Below are positions 34,852 through 44,455 of a DNA stretch of 64,000 nt, one piece after another. The stretch spans positions 1 to 64,000 of the forward strand of contig OZ219872.1 of assembly GCA_964291495.2 (NCBI GenBank). The letters are read 5' to 3'. Every line of letters starts with the position of its first letter. The stretch's first letter is position 1. This DNA is from Dehalococcoidia bacterium. GTDB lineage: Bacteria; Chloroflexota; Dehalococcoidia; UBA2979. Below the pieces are notes generated by a model. It saw only the letters and a program-made list of their open reading frames with translations. It had not been told where the DNA came from and ran no database searches. Both the position numbers and the translations under genes were made by a program.

Positions 34852-37578
34852 ATGAGCGACGTTGACATCGATCTACTGATCCGTGGCCGCCGTTCGCGCA
34901 GGCGCTGGCTGGTGCTGGCGGCCGCGGTAGCGATCGCGGCGGCGGCTGCCGCCGCGTTCCTGCTGCTCCAGCCGGACGAGCCCGCGGTCGTCGCCGAGCC
35001 GCAGCAAGCCGAGGCCGTCGAGGGCCAACTCAGCACCGCGGTAGACCTCTCCGGCTCGGCCGAGGCGGAGCGCAGCGCCGAGCTCAGCTTCGGCGCCGCC
35101 GGTATCGTAGCCACCGTCACCGTGCAGAGCGGCGACACGGTGCGCGCGGGTGACGCGCTCGCGGGCCTCGATGACGGCGACGCACGTCGCCGGGTCGAGA
35201 CCGCCGAGGTGCAGCTGCGGCTCGCGCAGTTGCGCCTCGACGCCATCGAGGCCGACCCCGATGCGTCCGCCATCGCGTCCGCGAGGCAGTCAATCGAATC
35301 GTCTGAGGCGCAGGTCGTGAACGCGGAGCAGGCATTGGCGCGGCTCTCCGAGCCGCCGGACGCGAGCGCGCTGGCGAGCGCGGAGCAATCCGTCGCGAAC
35401 GCCCTCGGGCAACTGTCGAGCGCGGAAGAGGCGCTGGCGCGGCTCTCCGAGCCGCCCGACGCGAGCGCGCTGGCGAGCGCGGAGCAGGCGGTGGCGAATG
35501 CCCTCGTGCAGCTCTCGAACGCCGAGCAGGCCCTTGCGCGGCTCTCCGAGCCGCCGGATGCGAGCGCGCTGGCGAGCGCGGAGCAAGCCGTCGCGAACGC
35601 GCTCGGGCAACTGTCGAGCGCCGAGGAGGCGCTGGCCTCGCTGATCGCCGACCCGAGCGAGACCGAGATCGCCTCCGCACGATCGGCGGTGACGCAGGCG
35701 CAGGCGCAGCTCTCCGGCGCGATCACGCGGGCGGACGACGCGTGGCACGCCCTCGACGACGCGTTCGAGGGGTACTGCGAGAGCTACGACCACCTGCCCG
35801 ACGTCACGGAAACGACCTGCGCGGCGACGCTGCCGCTCTCCGACGCTCAGATCGCCGTGCTCCGCGACTCCTTCGAGGACCGATCGAACAACTATCAGCG
35901 CGCTGCGAACGCGCTGATCAACGCCAACGTCGCGTTCATCAGCAACGACGCGGCGAGGCAATCGGCCGTCACAACGCTCTCCTCGGCGGAGGAGCGGCTC
36001 GCCGACCTGCTCGCGCCAGTCTCCGGGGAGGACCGCTACCAGGCAGAGCAGTCGGTCGAGGCCGCGCGCGCGAACCACGCCGCGGCCGTCGCCCGCCTCG
36101 AGGATCTGACGGCGGAACCCAGCGAGGAAGACCGCTTCCAGGCACAGCAGGCGGTCGAGGCCGCGCGCGCGAACGACGCCGCGGCTGTCGCCCGCCTCGA
36201 GGACCTGCGGGCGGAGCCCAGCGAGCAGGACCGCTACCAGGCTCAGCAGTCGGTCGAGGCTGCGCGGGCGAATCACGCTGCGGCCGTCGCTCGCCTCGAG
36301 GAGCTGCGCGCCCCGGCCGACGAGGGCGAGATCGAGCAGGCGCGCTCCTCGCTCGAGAGCGCGCGCGCCAGCCTCGCCAGCGCGCAGGCGCGCTACGACG
36401 AGCTGACCGCGGGCGCGACCGCGAACGCGATCGCGCAGCAGGAGCAGAGCGTGCGGCTGGCCGAGATCTCCCTCGAGGAGGCGCGCACCGCTCTTGCCGA
36501 ACTGACGATCCTTGCGCCCTTCGACGGGATCATCGAGGCCGTGAACGTCCACCCCGGCGACCGCGTGGCGGCGAACTTCGCCGCGTTCTCCCTGAGCACG
36601 ACCGATCGCATGGTGATCGCGCTCACCGTCACCGAGGCGGACCTGCTCGCGCTCGAGGTCGACCAGGTCGGCCTCGCCTCGTTCGACGCGATCGAGGATC
36701 TCGACTACCCGGTGCGCATCACCTCGATCAGCCGCCTGCCCAACGCCGCGCAGGGTGTGGTGACCTACGACGTGCAGGCGCGGCTCCTTACCGGAGTGGA
36801 GATCGCCCAGGCCGCGAGCGAGATCGCCGTGCTCAGCGATCAGACCGGGGACCTCGCGGCGCTCCTCGCCGGCGCGGGCACCGGTGGACTCGCCGGAGGC
36901 GCTGGTGCTGGAGGCGACGCCGGCGCGGACGCCGGGGCCGCGGGCGGTGGCGGCGGAGCCGGCGCGGGAGCAGGCGCCGGCGGCCGCGCGGGCGGCGGGT
37001 TGCTCGCCCAGATCGAGCTGCCCGAGGGCATGACCATCCGCGACGTGCTGCAGGCGCTGGCCGCCGGCGAGCCGCTGCCCGAGGGCGTGAGGCTGCCCGA
37101 GGGCCTCGAAATCCCGCCGCAGCTCCTCGAACGTCTCGCCGCGGGCGGTCTGGGCGGGGCAGGCCAGCAGCGCGCGGGCGGCCAGCAAGGTGCAGCCGGG
37201 CAAGGCGCCCTCGCAGCCCGGCCGCTACCCGCGCCCGGCATGAGCGCCAGCGTCACGATCCTCACCGAGCTGCGCGAGCCCGCGGTGCTCGTCCCGGTCG
37301 CCGCGGTGCGCCAGCTCGACGGCGAGTGGTTCGTGACGATCCCGGCGCCCGCCACAGGCGACGACCCGGCAGCCCTCACCTTCGAGCGCGTGACCGTCGA
37401 GATCGGCGAGACCGACGGCACGAACGTCGAGATCACGAGCGGCCTCGAGGCCGGCGCTGTGCTGCTGATCGGCGCCGACGGCGCCGGCATCGCCTTCAGC
37501 GCGACGCAGCGCCAACCGCAGCAGCAGCTCCCGGCCTTCGGCCCCGGCCGCTTCTTCGGCGGCGGAGGCGGCCAGTGA
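34852..37578 (+). CDS. Extended MacA/HlyD-like membrane-fusion (adaptor) protein with repeat-expanded hairpin
   Basis: N-terminal TM, lipoyl half-motifs G.V..V.V..GD.V.AG and APFDG.I..VNV.PGD.V, long coiled coil, PGMSASV.I and GETDG..VEI.SGL..G. Confidence 0.88.
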   Translation: MSDVDIDLLIRGRRSRRRWLVLAAAVAIAAAAAAAFLLLQPDEPAVVAEPQQAEAVEGQLSTAVDLSGSAEAERSAELSFGAAGIVATVTVQSGDTVRAGDALAGLDDGDARRRVETAEVQLRLAQLRLDAIEADPDASAIASARQSIESSEAQVVNAEQALARLSEPPDASALASAEQSVANALGQLSSAEEALARLSEPPDASALASAEQAVANALVQLSNAEQALARLSEPPDASALASAEQAVANALGQLSSAEEALASLIADPSETEIASARSAVTQAQAQLSGAITRADDAWHALDDAFEGYCESYDHLPDVTETTCAATLPLSDAQIAVLRDSFEDRSNNYQRAANALINANVAFISNDAARQSAVTTLSSAEERLADLLAPVSGEDRYQAEQSVEAARANHAAAVARLEDLTAEPSEEDRFQAQQAVEAARANDAAAVARLEDLRAEPSEQDRYQAQQSVEAARANHAAAVARLEELRAPADEGEIEQARSSLESARASLASAQARYDELTAGATANAIAQQEQSVRLAEISLEEARTALAELTILAPFDGIIEAVNVHPGDRVAANFAAFSLSTTDRMVIALTVTEADLLALEVDQVGLASFDAIEDLDYPVRITSISRLPNAAQGVVTYDVQARLLTGVEIAQAASEIAVLSDQTGDLAALLAGAGTGGLAGGAGAGGDAGADAGAAGGGGGAGAGAGAGGRAGGGLLAQIELPEGMTIRDVLQALAAGEPLPEGVRLPEGLEIPPQLLERLAAGGLGGAGQQRAGGQQGAAGQGALAARPLPAPGMSASVTILTELREPAVLVPVAAVRQLDGEWFVTIPAPATGDDPAALTFERVTVEIGETDGTNVEITSGLEAGAVLLIGADGAGIAFSATQRQPQQQLPAFGPGRFFGGGGGQ
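35344..35640 (+). repeat. 3 x 99-bp (33-aa) intragenic tandem repeat, N-terminal hairpin arm
   Basis: ctctccgagccgcc at 35344, 35443 and 35542; unit LSEPPDASALASAEQxVANALxQLSxAExALAR. Confidence 0.92.
36028..36324 (+). repeat. 3 x 99-bp (33-aa) intragenic tandem repeat, C-terminal hairpin arm
   Basis: gaccgct(a/t)ccagg at 36031, 36130 and 36229; unit EDRYQAxQxVEAARANHAAAVARLEDLxAEPSE. Confidence 0.92.
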
Positions 37579-38282
37579 TCCGCCTGGACGACGTCACCCG
37601 CGTCTATGCCAGTGGCGAGACGGCGGTCCACGCCCTCGCCGGCGTCAGCCTCGAGATCGGGCGTGGCGAGTTCGTCGCGATCATGGGGCAGTCCGGCTCC
37701 GGCAAGAGCACACTGATGAACATCATCGGCCTGCTCGACCGTCCGAGCAGCGGTGAGTACGTCTTCGGGGGCCGCGATGTCGCGCAGCTCTCCGAGGACG
37801 CCCGCGCGCGCCTGCGCGGCAGCGCCTTCGGCTTCGTCTTCCAGTCCTACAACCTGCTGCCGCGCATGGCCGCCCTCGAGCAGGTCGAGCTGCCGCTGAT
37901 CTACCAGGGCGCTCCGGACCGCAGGCGGCGCGCTGCCGAGGCGCTCGTGCGCGTGGGACTGCGGGACCGCATCACGCACCTGCCGACCGAGCTGTCCGGC
38001 GGCGAGCAGCAGCGCGTCGCGATCGCGCGCTCACTGGTCGTGAACCCGCTCGTGCTGCTCGCCGACGAGCCGACGGGCGCCCTCGACACGGCGACCGGGC
38101 ACGAGCTGATGACGCTGCTCAGCGAGCTGGTCGAACAGCAGGGGCTGACGGTCGTGCTCGTCACGCACGAGGCGGAGGTCGCCGCCTACGCGAAGCGCAT
38201 CGTGCGCATGCGGGACGGGCGGATCATCGAGGACAGCGGCGCCCCGGTGGCGGCTGCCGCGGCGGACGGACCCGCGCCGTGA
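37575..38282 (+). CDS. ABC transporter ATP-binding protein (MacB/LolD type)
   Basis: GTG start; GQSGSGKS, LSGGEQQRVAIAR, LADEPTG and VTHE. Confidence 0.93.
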   Translation: MIRLDDVTRVYASGETAVHALAGVSLEIGRGEFVAIMGQSGSGKSTLMNIIGLLDRPSSGEYVFGGRDVAQLSEDARARLRGSAFGFVFQSYNLLPRMAALEQVELPLIYQGAPDRRRRAAEALVRVGLRDRITHLPTELSGGEQQRVAIARSLVVNPLVLLADEPTGALDTATGHELMTLLSELVEQQGLTVVLVTHEAEVAAYAKRIVRMRDGRIIEDSGAPVAAAAADGPAP

Positions 38283-39535
38283 GCCCGCTCGACGCCTTCC
38301 GCATCGCCCTGCGTGCGATCTTCGCGAACCGGCTGCGCAGCGCGCTGACGTCGCTGGGCCTCGTGATCGGCGTCAGCTCCGTGATCGTGCTGATCGCGGT
38401 CGGACAGGGTACGCAGCGGGGGGTCACCGACCAGATTCGAGGGCTCGGCACCGACCTGATCTTCATCGAATCGAGCGCGGCCGCGACCACCTCGCAGACC
38501 GGGGGCCTCGGTGGGCTCACGCAGTCCACGCTGGTGCAGGGCGACGCGACCGCGATCGCCGCCAACGCGATCCCCGGCGTCGTGTCCGTCGCCGCGCAGA
38601 TCGCGATCGACGCGCAGGCGGTCGCCGGTTCAAACAACGTCGGTGCGGAGATCGTGAGCACCTCGAGTGAGTACGCCGCAGTGCGCGACCTGGGGATCCG
38701 TTCGGGGACGTTCATCACCGCCCTGCACGATGAGGACCGCTCGCTCGTCGCCGCGCTGGGGGCGCGCGTCGCCGACACCCTCTACCCGGGCCTCGATCCT
38801 GTCGGGCAGGAGGTGCGCCTCTCCTTCGCGGGCGGGCGCATCACGTTCCCCTTCGTCGTCGTCGGGGTACTCGAGGAGCAGGGAGGCGCGAGCGAGGCGA
38901 ACGACCAGGTCTTCATCCCGCTCAGCGGCGTGGCGGGCCGCCTGCGCTTCCTCTCCACGCCCACCGGGGACCTGCGCGTCACGCAGATCGACATCCAGAC
39001 CGCCAGCGGCGCCGACGAGCAACGCGTCAAGGACGAGGTCAGCGAGCTGCTGCAGTTCCTGCACGAGACGCCCGAGCCGGACTTCGTGATCCAGAGCCAG
39101 GACGACCTGATCAGCGCCGCCACCGAGGTCAGCAACACGCTCTCGATCCTGCTCGGGAGCATCGCCGGGATCTCGCTGCTGGTCGGCGGGATCGGGGTGA
39201 TGAACATCATGCTCGTCTCCGTCACCGAGCGGACCCGCGAGATCGGCATCCGCCGCGCCGTGGGGGCGACGGGTGGCGACATCGTCAAGCAGTTCGTGAC
39301 CGAGGCGCTGACGCTCAGCCTCTTCGGCGGCCTCGTCGGGATCGCGATCGGCATCGGCGCCTCGCTGGCCGTCGACGGGCGCGAGCTGGGCGGGCAGGAG
39401 ATGACGACGCTGATCCAGCCGTGGAGCATCGCGATGGCGTTCCTGGTGGCGGCCGGCGTGGGTTTCGCGAGCGGCAGCTACCCGGCCTACCGCGCCACCA
39501 CCGTCGACCCGATCGCGGCGCTCCGCAACGAGTAG
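38279..39535 (+). CDS. MacB/FtsX-family ABC permease
   Basis: RSALTSLGLVIGV, ISLLVGGIGVMNIMLVSVTERTREIGIRRAVGA and DPIAALRNE. Confidence 0.94.
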   Translation: MSPLDAFRIALRAIFANRLRSALTSLGLVIGVSSVIVLIAVGQGTQRGVTDQIRGLGTDLIFIESSAAATTSQTGGLGGLTQSTLVQGDATAIAANAIPGVVSVAAQIAIDAQAVAGSNNVGAEIVSTSSEYAAVRDLGIRSGTFITALHDEDRSLVAALGARVADTLYPGLDPVGQEVRLSFAGGRITFPFVVVGVLEEQGGASEANDQVFIPLSGVAGRLRFLSTPTGDLRVTQIDIQTASGADEQRVKDEVSELLQFLHETPEPDFVIQSQDDLISAATEVSNTLSILLGSIAGISLLVGGIGVMNIMLVSVTERTREIGIRRAVGATGGDIVKQFVTEALTLSLFGGLVGIAIGIGASLAVDGRELGGQEMTTLIQPWSIAMAFLVAAGVGFASGSYPAYRATTVDPIAALRNE

Positions 39536-39672
39536 CAGCCGATCGCCAGCGAGGAGCCCGGCGAACTGATCAGAAAGTCAACAGAGGGCTTACGGAGACC
39601 TTACGCACCGCTCGCTAGCCTCCCGGCATCCCGCTGGACCAACAGGCTCCACGGGACGGGAGGAACGGCCGA

Positions 39673-40407
39673 ATGAGACGAACCAAGATCATCCTCGCCG
39701 CGCTCGCCGGCGGAGCCGCCGCGCTGCTGCTGATCGGCAGCGCGATGGCGCACCCCCGCGGGATCGTCGACCGCATCGACGTGCTCGCGGAGGCGCTCGG
39801 CATCACCACCGAGGAGGTCGAGACCGCCAGGGACGACGGCACGCTCAAGGACCTGCTCGACGACGTCTCGCGCGACGACCTCAAGGACGCCTACGAGACC
39901 GTCGCCGGCGAGGCGATCGACGCCGCCTCCGAGGACGGCGAGATCACCTCGGAGCAGGCCGAGCGCCTCGAGGAGCTCGTCTCCGCGGACCGCGGCGAGC
40001 TGGACGAGAGCGACCGCGAGACGCTGAGGGGCCTGCGCGGCGCGATCGAGGTGGACGTGATCGCCGTCTACGCCTCGCTGCTCGGCAAGACCTCCGAGGA
40101 AGTCGCGGCGGCAAAGGAGGACGGCACGCTGCGCGACCTGCTGGCGGACGTGAACCGCGTTGCCCTCGCGGCCGCGCTGGTCGACGCGCGGGACGCGGCG
40201 ATCGACGCCGCCGAGGAGGCAGGCGAGATCACGGCCGAGCAGGCAACGCTGCTGCGCGACGCGGGCAAGGGCTTCGGCCGGGGCCACAAGCGCGGTTGGC
40301 ATGGCAGGCATGGCGGCTGCGACGGCGGCGGCTCCCGCGACCACGACGGTTACGACGGACGCGGCAAGAAGGACACGCCGGGTGCAGGCGTCGGCGAGTC
40401 CACTTAG
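39673..40407 (+). CDS. Secreted acidic helical-repeat hypothetical protein
   Basis: Signal peptide ending AMA; two internal repeats (LG.T.EEV..A..DGTL.DLL...AIDAA.E.GEIT.EQA); Gly/His-rich tail. Confidence 0.8.
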   Translation: MRRTKIILAALAGGAAALLLIGSAMAHPRGIVDRIDVLAEALGITTEEVETARDDGTLKDLLDDVSRDDLKDAYETVAGEAIDAASEDGEITSEQAERLEELVSADRGELDESDRETLRGLRGAIEVDVIAVYASLLGKTSEEVAAAKEDGTLRDLLADVNRVALAAALVDARDAAIDAAEEAGEITAEQATLLRDAGKGFGRGHKRGWHGRHGGCDGGGSRDHDGYDGRGKKDTPGAGVGEST

Positions 40408-40432
40408 GTAGCTCTCCCCTCGGGCTGCCAGC

Positions 40433-40466
40433 AGAGAGGGGCGTCCTCGGGGCGCCCCTCTCTTTG
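40433..40466. terminator. Stem-loop between convergent genes, probable intrinsic terminator
   Basis: agagaggggcgtcc-tcg-gggcgcccctctct followed by tt. Confidence 0.7.
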
Positions 40467-40501
40467 CGTTCGATGCGCCCTCGGGCGCGGCCCGAAGACC
40501 G

Positions 40502-40906
40502 CTAGGATTCGTTCCAGAGCCGCAGGCCGAGTGGCACGAAGACCAGCGGCAGCACGACGTCGATGAACACGAAGACCTGCGCGTCCGGGCGCTGGTCGCC
40601 CGCCGCCCAGCTGACCTGCACCCAGTTCCAGTAGAAGAGCAGCGTCAGCGCCAGCGCGAGGTAGACGGGCAGGTTCGCCTCGATGAACGTCCGCAAGTCG
40701 CCGCCCGGGTCGGTGCGGCGTTTCGCCTCGTACGTGACGATCACGGCGAGCGGGAGGCTTACGGCTCTCGCCCAGTCGAAGACGTGCCAGAGGACGGGCT
40801 GACCGCCCTCCCAGTCGTACAACACCGGGTCCAGCACGAAGTGGACCGCGAGGCCCGCGCCGACGACGACGAAGAGCACGGCGAGCGGTCGGTTCAGCAC
40901 CGCCAT
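40502..40906 (-). CDS. Small 4-TM hypothetical membrane protein, paralog 3
   Basis: 134 aa; HFVLDP, WAAGDQ.PD.QV.V.IDV and GLRLWNES shared with its two neighbours. Confidence 0.85.
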   Translation of the reverse strand: MAVLNRPLAVLFVVVGAGLAVHFVLDPVLYDWEGGQPVLWHVFDWARAVSLPLAVIVTYEAKRRTDPGGDLRTFIEANLPVYLALALTLLFYWNWVQVSWAAGDQRPDAQVFVFIDVVLPLVFVPLGLRLWNES

Positions 40907-40941
40907 GGGGATCGCAACTCCTCGTTGCTACGAGGCCGCCG

Positions 40942-41352
40942 CTACAGCTCCGACTCGTTCCAGAGCCGCAGACCGAGCGTGACGAAGAGCAGCGGCAGGA
41001 CCACGTCGATGAACACCCAGACTTGCGAGTCCGGCGTCTGATCGCCGGCGGCCCAGTCGATCTGCACGGCGTTCCAGACGAAGAGCAGCGCCAGCGCCGC
41101 CGCGACGTAGAACTGCAGGTTCGCAACGAGGTACTCGCGCAGATCGGAGCCGGCGTCGGCGGCTCGCTTCGCCTCGAACGTCACGAACAGCGCGATCGCG
41201 AGGCCGAGCGCCATCAGCCAGTCGAGCACGATCCAGGCGACCGGGACGCCGTCCTCCCACTCGGTGCCATAGATCAGGGGGTCAATCACGAAGTGGACGG
41301 CCACTGCGGCCCCCACGAGCGCGAGGTAGGCCCCCGCCAGGCGCTTCGTCAT
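40942..41352 (-). CDS. Small 4-TM hypothetical membrane protein, paralog 2
   Basis: 136 aa; same motifs; GGAGG ribosome-binding site upstream. Confidence 0.85.
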   Translation of the reverse strand: MTKRLAGAYLALVGAAVAVHFVIDPLIYGTEWEDGVPVAWIVLDWLMALGLAIALFVTFEAKRAADAGSDLREYLVANLQFYVAAALALLFVWNAVQIDWAAGDQTPDSQVWVFIDVVLPLLFVTLGLRLWNESEL

Positions 41353-41416
41353 CTGAAATCCTCCCTGTGTTCCGTTGGACCTCGTGGCTCCGATTGGCCG
41401 TGCGGTCCGGCGTTCG

Positions 41417-41821
41417 CTACGACTCGTTCCAGAGCCGCAGGCCGAGCGTGACGAAGAGCAGCGGCACCATGACGTCGATCACGACCCACACCTGGCCGTC
41501 CGGCGTCTGGTCGCCCGCGGCCCAGTCGATCTGCACCGCGTTCCAGACGAGGAGCAGCGCCAGCGCCGCCGCGAGGTAGAAACCCGAATTCGCGATCAGG
41601 TACTCGCGCAGGTCCGTCCCGGCGCCGGCAGCGCGCTTCGCCTCGAACGTCACCCACAGGGCGATCGCCAGGCCGAGGGCCATCAGCCAGTCGAGGATGA
41701 TCCAGACGACGGGCGTGCTGTCGCCCTCGGCCCACTCGTAGATCAGCGGGTCGAGCACGAAGTGGATCGCCACCGCGGCCCCGACGATTGCGAGGTACAG
41801 CCCCGCCAGGCGCTTCACCAT
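41417..41821 (-). CDS. Small 4-TM hypothetical membrane protein, paralog 1
   Basis: MVKRLAGLYLA... from ATG at 41821; same motifs. Confidence 0.85.
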   Translation of the reverse strand: MVKRLAGLYLAIVGAAVAIHFVLDPLIYEWAEGDSTPVVWIILDWLMALGLAIALWVTFEAKRAAGAGTDLREYLIANSGFYLAAALALLLVWNAVQIDWAAGDQTPDGQVWVVIDVMVPLLFVTLGLRLWNES

Positions 41822-41939
41822 CTCGATCCCCTCAGCTCGCGGCGACCGCCACTGATACGCGGTCGCCAGTCTACAGGCGTTTCCTGCCGATGCATTGACA
41901 AGCCATGGGCGGATCGCCAACACAGCGGCGCTGTGCTAG

Positions 41940-42065
41940 CGTGCGTGCAGGCGCAGAGATCGGGGAAGCCGGTGCAATTCCGGCGCTGTCCCGCAACTGT
42001 GAGCCGCGCAGCAGCCCTCGAGGCCGGGCGCGGTGAGCCAGAGCACCGACCCGCGCCATGTCGAG
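41940..42065 (+). ncRNA. Cobalamin riboswitch
   Basis: GGGAAgccGGTGcAAttCCggcgCTGtcCCgCAACTGTGA...GAGCCAGA conserved core, upstream of B12 uptake and synthesis genes; ends approximate. Confidence 0.92.
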
Positions 42066-42218
42066 ACCCTGCGAGGACAGGCGACGGCATGCTGCACGAA
42101 GCGCCCGCCGACGGGCGACCCCGGTTGTAGCATCGTCACATTGCCTGCCCCCTCGCACCGGAGGGGGCTCATCGCCGTTGCGGCGTGCGCTCTCTCAAGT
42201 GCCGGGAGGCGTGCGCTC

Positions 42219-43346
42219 ATGCTGGATCGATTGGTTCGCAATACCCCCTGCCACCCGTCGCGGCGCCGGCTGCTGCCTGCGCTGCTCGCGACGCTTGCGT
42301 TGCTCGCGCTGGCCCTCGCGGCCTGCGACGGCGACGACGAGCCGGAGGCGGTCGAGACGCCGGCGGCCACCCCCGCCCCCGCGACGCCCGTCGCGACCGC
42401 CACGCCGACTCCGGCGCGGGCAACACCCACGGCAACACCCACACCGACTCCTACCTCGACACCCACACCGATTCCAACGGCGACGGCGACGCCCTCCCCA
42501 ACGCCCACCGCGACGCCGACCGCCGCGGCTTACCCTCGGACCGTCGAGGACTCCGCCGGGACGGCGGTCACGCTGGAGGCCGCGCCCGAGCGGATCATCT
42601 CCTACTCGCCCGGCGCGACGGAGATTCTCTACGCGATCGGGGCCGGCGACCGTGTGGTCGCAACCGACGACTTCTCCGACTTCCCGGCGGCTGCGGCGGA
42701 GCTTCCCAAGGTCGCCTACTCCAGCCCCGATCCCGAGCGCGCACTCTCGCTGGAGCCGGACCTGCTGCTCATGGCCACCCGCCAGCGCGAGCAGATCGAG
42801 CAGTTCCGCAGCCTCGGCATGACCGTGCTGTTCCTCGACTCGGCGCAAGACATCGAGGGCGTGTTCGGGACGATCGAGCTGCTCGGCGAGGTCACCGGCA
42901 ACGCAGCGGAAGCCGCCGACCTCGCCACCTCGATGCGCGCGCGGATCGAGGCCGTAAGCGCGGCCCTCGATGACGTCGAGGAGGGGCCGCTCGTCTTCTT
43001 CGAGCTGACGGCGGACCTCTACACGGCTGGCGACGGCACCTTCGTCGGCGAGCTGCTGACGCTCGCGAAGGCGCGCAACATCGCCGCGGGCGCGGCCTCG
43101 CCGTACCCGCAGCTCACCGCCGAGGCGATCATCGACGCCGCACCGGACGTCGTGCTTCTCGCCGACGCCGAGTGGGGCGAGAGCATCGAGACGGTCTGCG
43201 CGCGGCCCGGCTGGGACGCGATCCCGGCCTGCGTTGACGAGCGCGTGCATGGCGTGGACGGCGACCTCACCAGCCGCCCCGGTCCACGCATCGTCGACGG
43301 CCTCGAGCAGGTCGCGCGGCTGCTCTACCCGGATCGCTTCGAGTGA
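42219..43346 (+). CDS. btuF: Cobalamin ABC transporter substrate-binding lipoprotein
   Basis: Lipobox LAAC, PT-rich linker, PERIISYSP..TEILYAIG and SRPGPRIVDGLE; lies under the riboswitch. Confidence 0.88.
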   Translation: MLDRLVRNTPCHPSRRRLLPALLATLALLALALAACDGDDEPEAVETPAATPAPATPVATATPTPARATPTATPTPTPTSTPTPIPTATATPSPTPTATPTAAAYPRTVEDSAGTAVTLEAAPERIISYSPGATEILYAIGAGDRVVATDDFSDFPAAAAELPKVAYSSPDPERALSLEPDLLLMATRQREQIEQFRSLGMTVLFLDSAQDIEGVFGTIELLGEVTGNAAEAADLATSMRARIEAVSAALDDVEEGPLVFFELTADLYTAGDGTFVGELLTLAKARNIAAGAASPYPQLTAEAIIDAAPDVVLLADAEWGESIETVCARPGWDAIPACVDERVHGVDGDLTSRPGPRIVDGLEQVARLLYPDRFE

Positions 43347-44455
43347 GGCGCGAACCCGCCGGCGCGCGCGCCGTCGAGGGCGCCCTAGACCCGATCGCGG
43401 GGGCGACTCCCGTGGCGCGGGTGACCGAGGTCCTTCGCGGCCTCGGTCCGGCCTCGGCGGCGCTGGCGCTGCTCGTGGCGGTCGCGTTGCTGGCGCTGAC
43501 GCAGGGCGCCGCGGCGATCCCGCCGCAGACCGTGCTGCGCGTGCTGCTCGACGCCCTGCCGCTCGTCGAGGTGGACGCGAACGCGCCGGCGACCTGGGAG
43601 CGGATCGTGGTGGATATCCGGCTGCCGAGGGTGATCGCCGCGGGCGTCGTCGGTTCGGCGCTGGCCTACTCGGGCGCCTCGTACCAGGGGGTGTTCCGCA
43701 ACCCGCTCGCCGGGCCGTTCCTGCTGGGCGTCGCCTCGGGCGCGGCGCTGGGCGCGGCGATCGCGATCATCTCGCCGCTGCGTGTCGACGCCTACGGCTT
43801 CGGCTGGGTGCCGGTCTTCGCCTTCGCCGGCGCGCTGCTCACGGTCGTGCTCGTCTACCTGCTCGCGACGGGCAGCGGGAGACTGGACAACGTCACGCTG
43901 ATCCTCGCGGGCGTGGCGCTCTCCGCCGTCTTCGGCGCGGCGACGGCGTTCATCCTGCTGACCGGCGGCGAGGAGGCGCGGCCGATCTTCTCGTTCCTCT
44001 TCGGAGGCTTCAACACGGCGAGCTGGCAGCGCATCGCCTGGGCGGCGCCCTACCTGGCCGTCGGGGCGGTCTTCGTGGCCGTCTACGCGCGCACCCTGAA
44101 CGTGCTCCAGCTCGACGAGGAGCAGGCCGCGCAGCTGGGCGTGGACGTGACGCGCACGAAGCTGATCGTGCTCGCGGCCGCCTCGCTGATGGCCGCGACG
44201 GCCGTCGCGATCGCCGGCGTGATCGGCTTCGTCGGGCTGCTCGTGCCGCACGCCGTGCGGCTCGTCTTCGGGGGCGACCATCGGCGGCTGCTGCCGCTGT
44301 GCGCGCTGTTCGGCGCCTCGTTCCTGATCGCCGTCGACACCTTCGCCCGCACCGTGCTCGCGCCGCAGGAGCTGCCGGTCGGCGTGATGACCGCGCTGAT
44401 CGGCGGCCCCTTCTTCCTCTGGCTGCTGCGCACCCGCCGCGTCGAGGTGAGCTGA
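43343..44455 (+). CDS. btuC: FecCD/BtuC-family permease
   Basis: IRLPRV, QGVFRNPLA.P..LGVASGA, GVIGFVGLLVPH and ELPVG. Confidence 0.9.
   Translation: MRREPAGARAVEGALDPIAGATPVARVTEVLRGLGPASAALALLVAVALLALTQGAAAIPPQTVLRVLLDALPLVEVDANAPATWERIVVDIRLPRVIAAGVVGSALAYSGASYQGVFRNPLAGPFLLGVASGAALGAAIAIISPLRVDAYGFGWVPVFAFAGALLTVVLVYLLATGSGRLDNVTLILAGVALSAVFGAATAFILLTGGEEARPIFSFLFGGFNTASWQRIAWAAPYLAVGAVFVAVYARTLNVLQLDEEQAAQLGVDVTRTKLIVLAAASLMAATAVAIAGVIGFVGLLVPHAVRLVFGGDHRRLLPLCALFGASFLIAVDTFARTVLAPQELPVGVMTALIGGPFFLWLLRTRRVEVS

Noticed and set aside
42355-42530. ACNCCN repeats in btuF (and the Gly-rich tract at ~36870-37000)
   Set aside because: Ordinary Pro/Thr or Gly low-complexity linkers of exported proteins.
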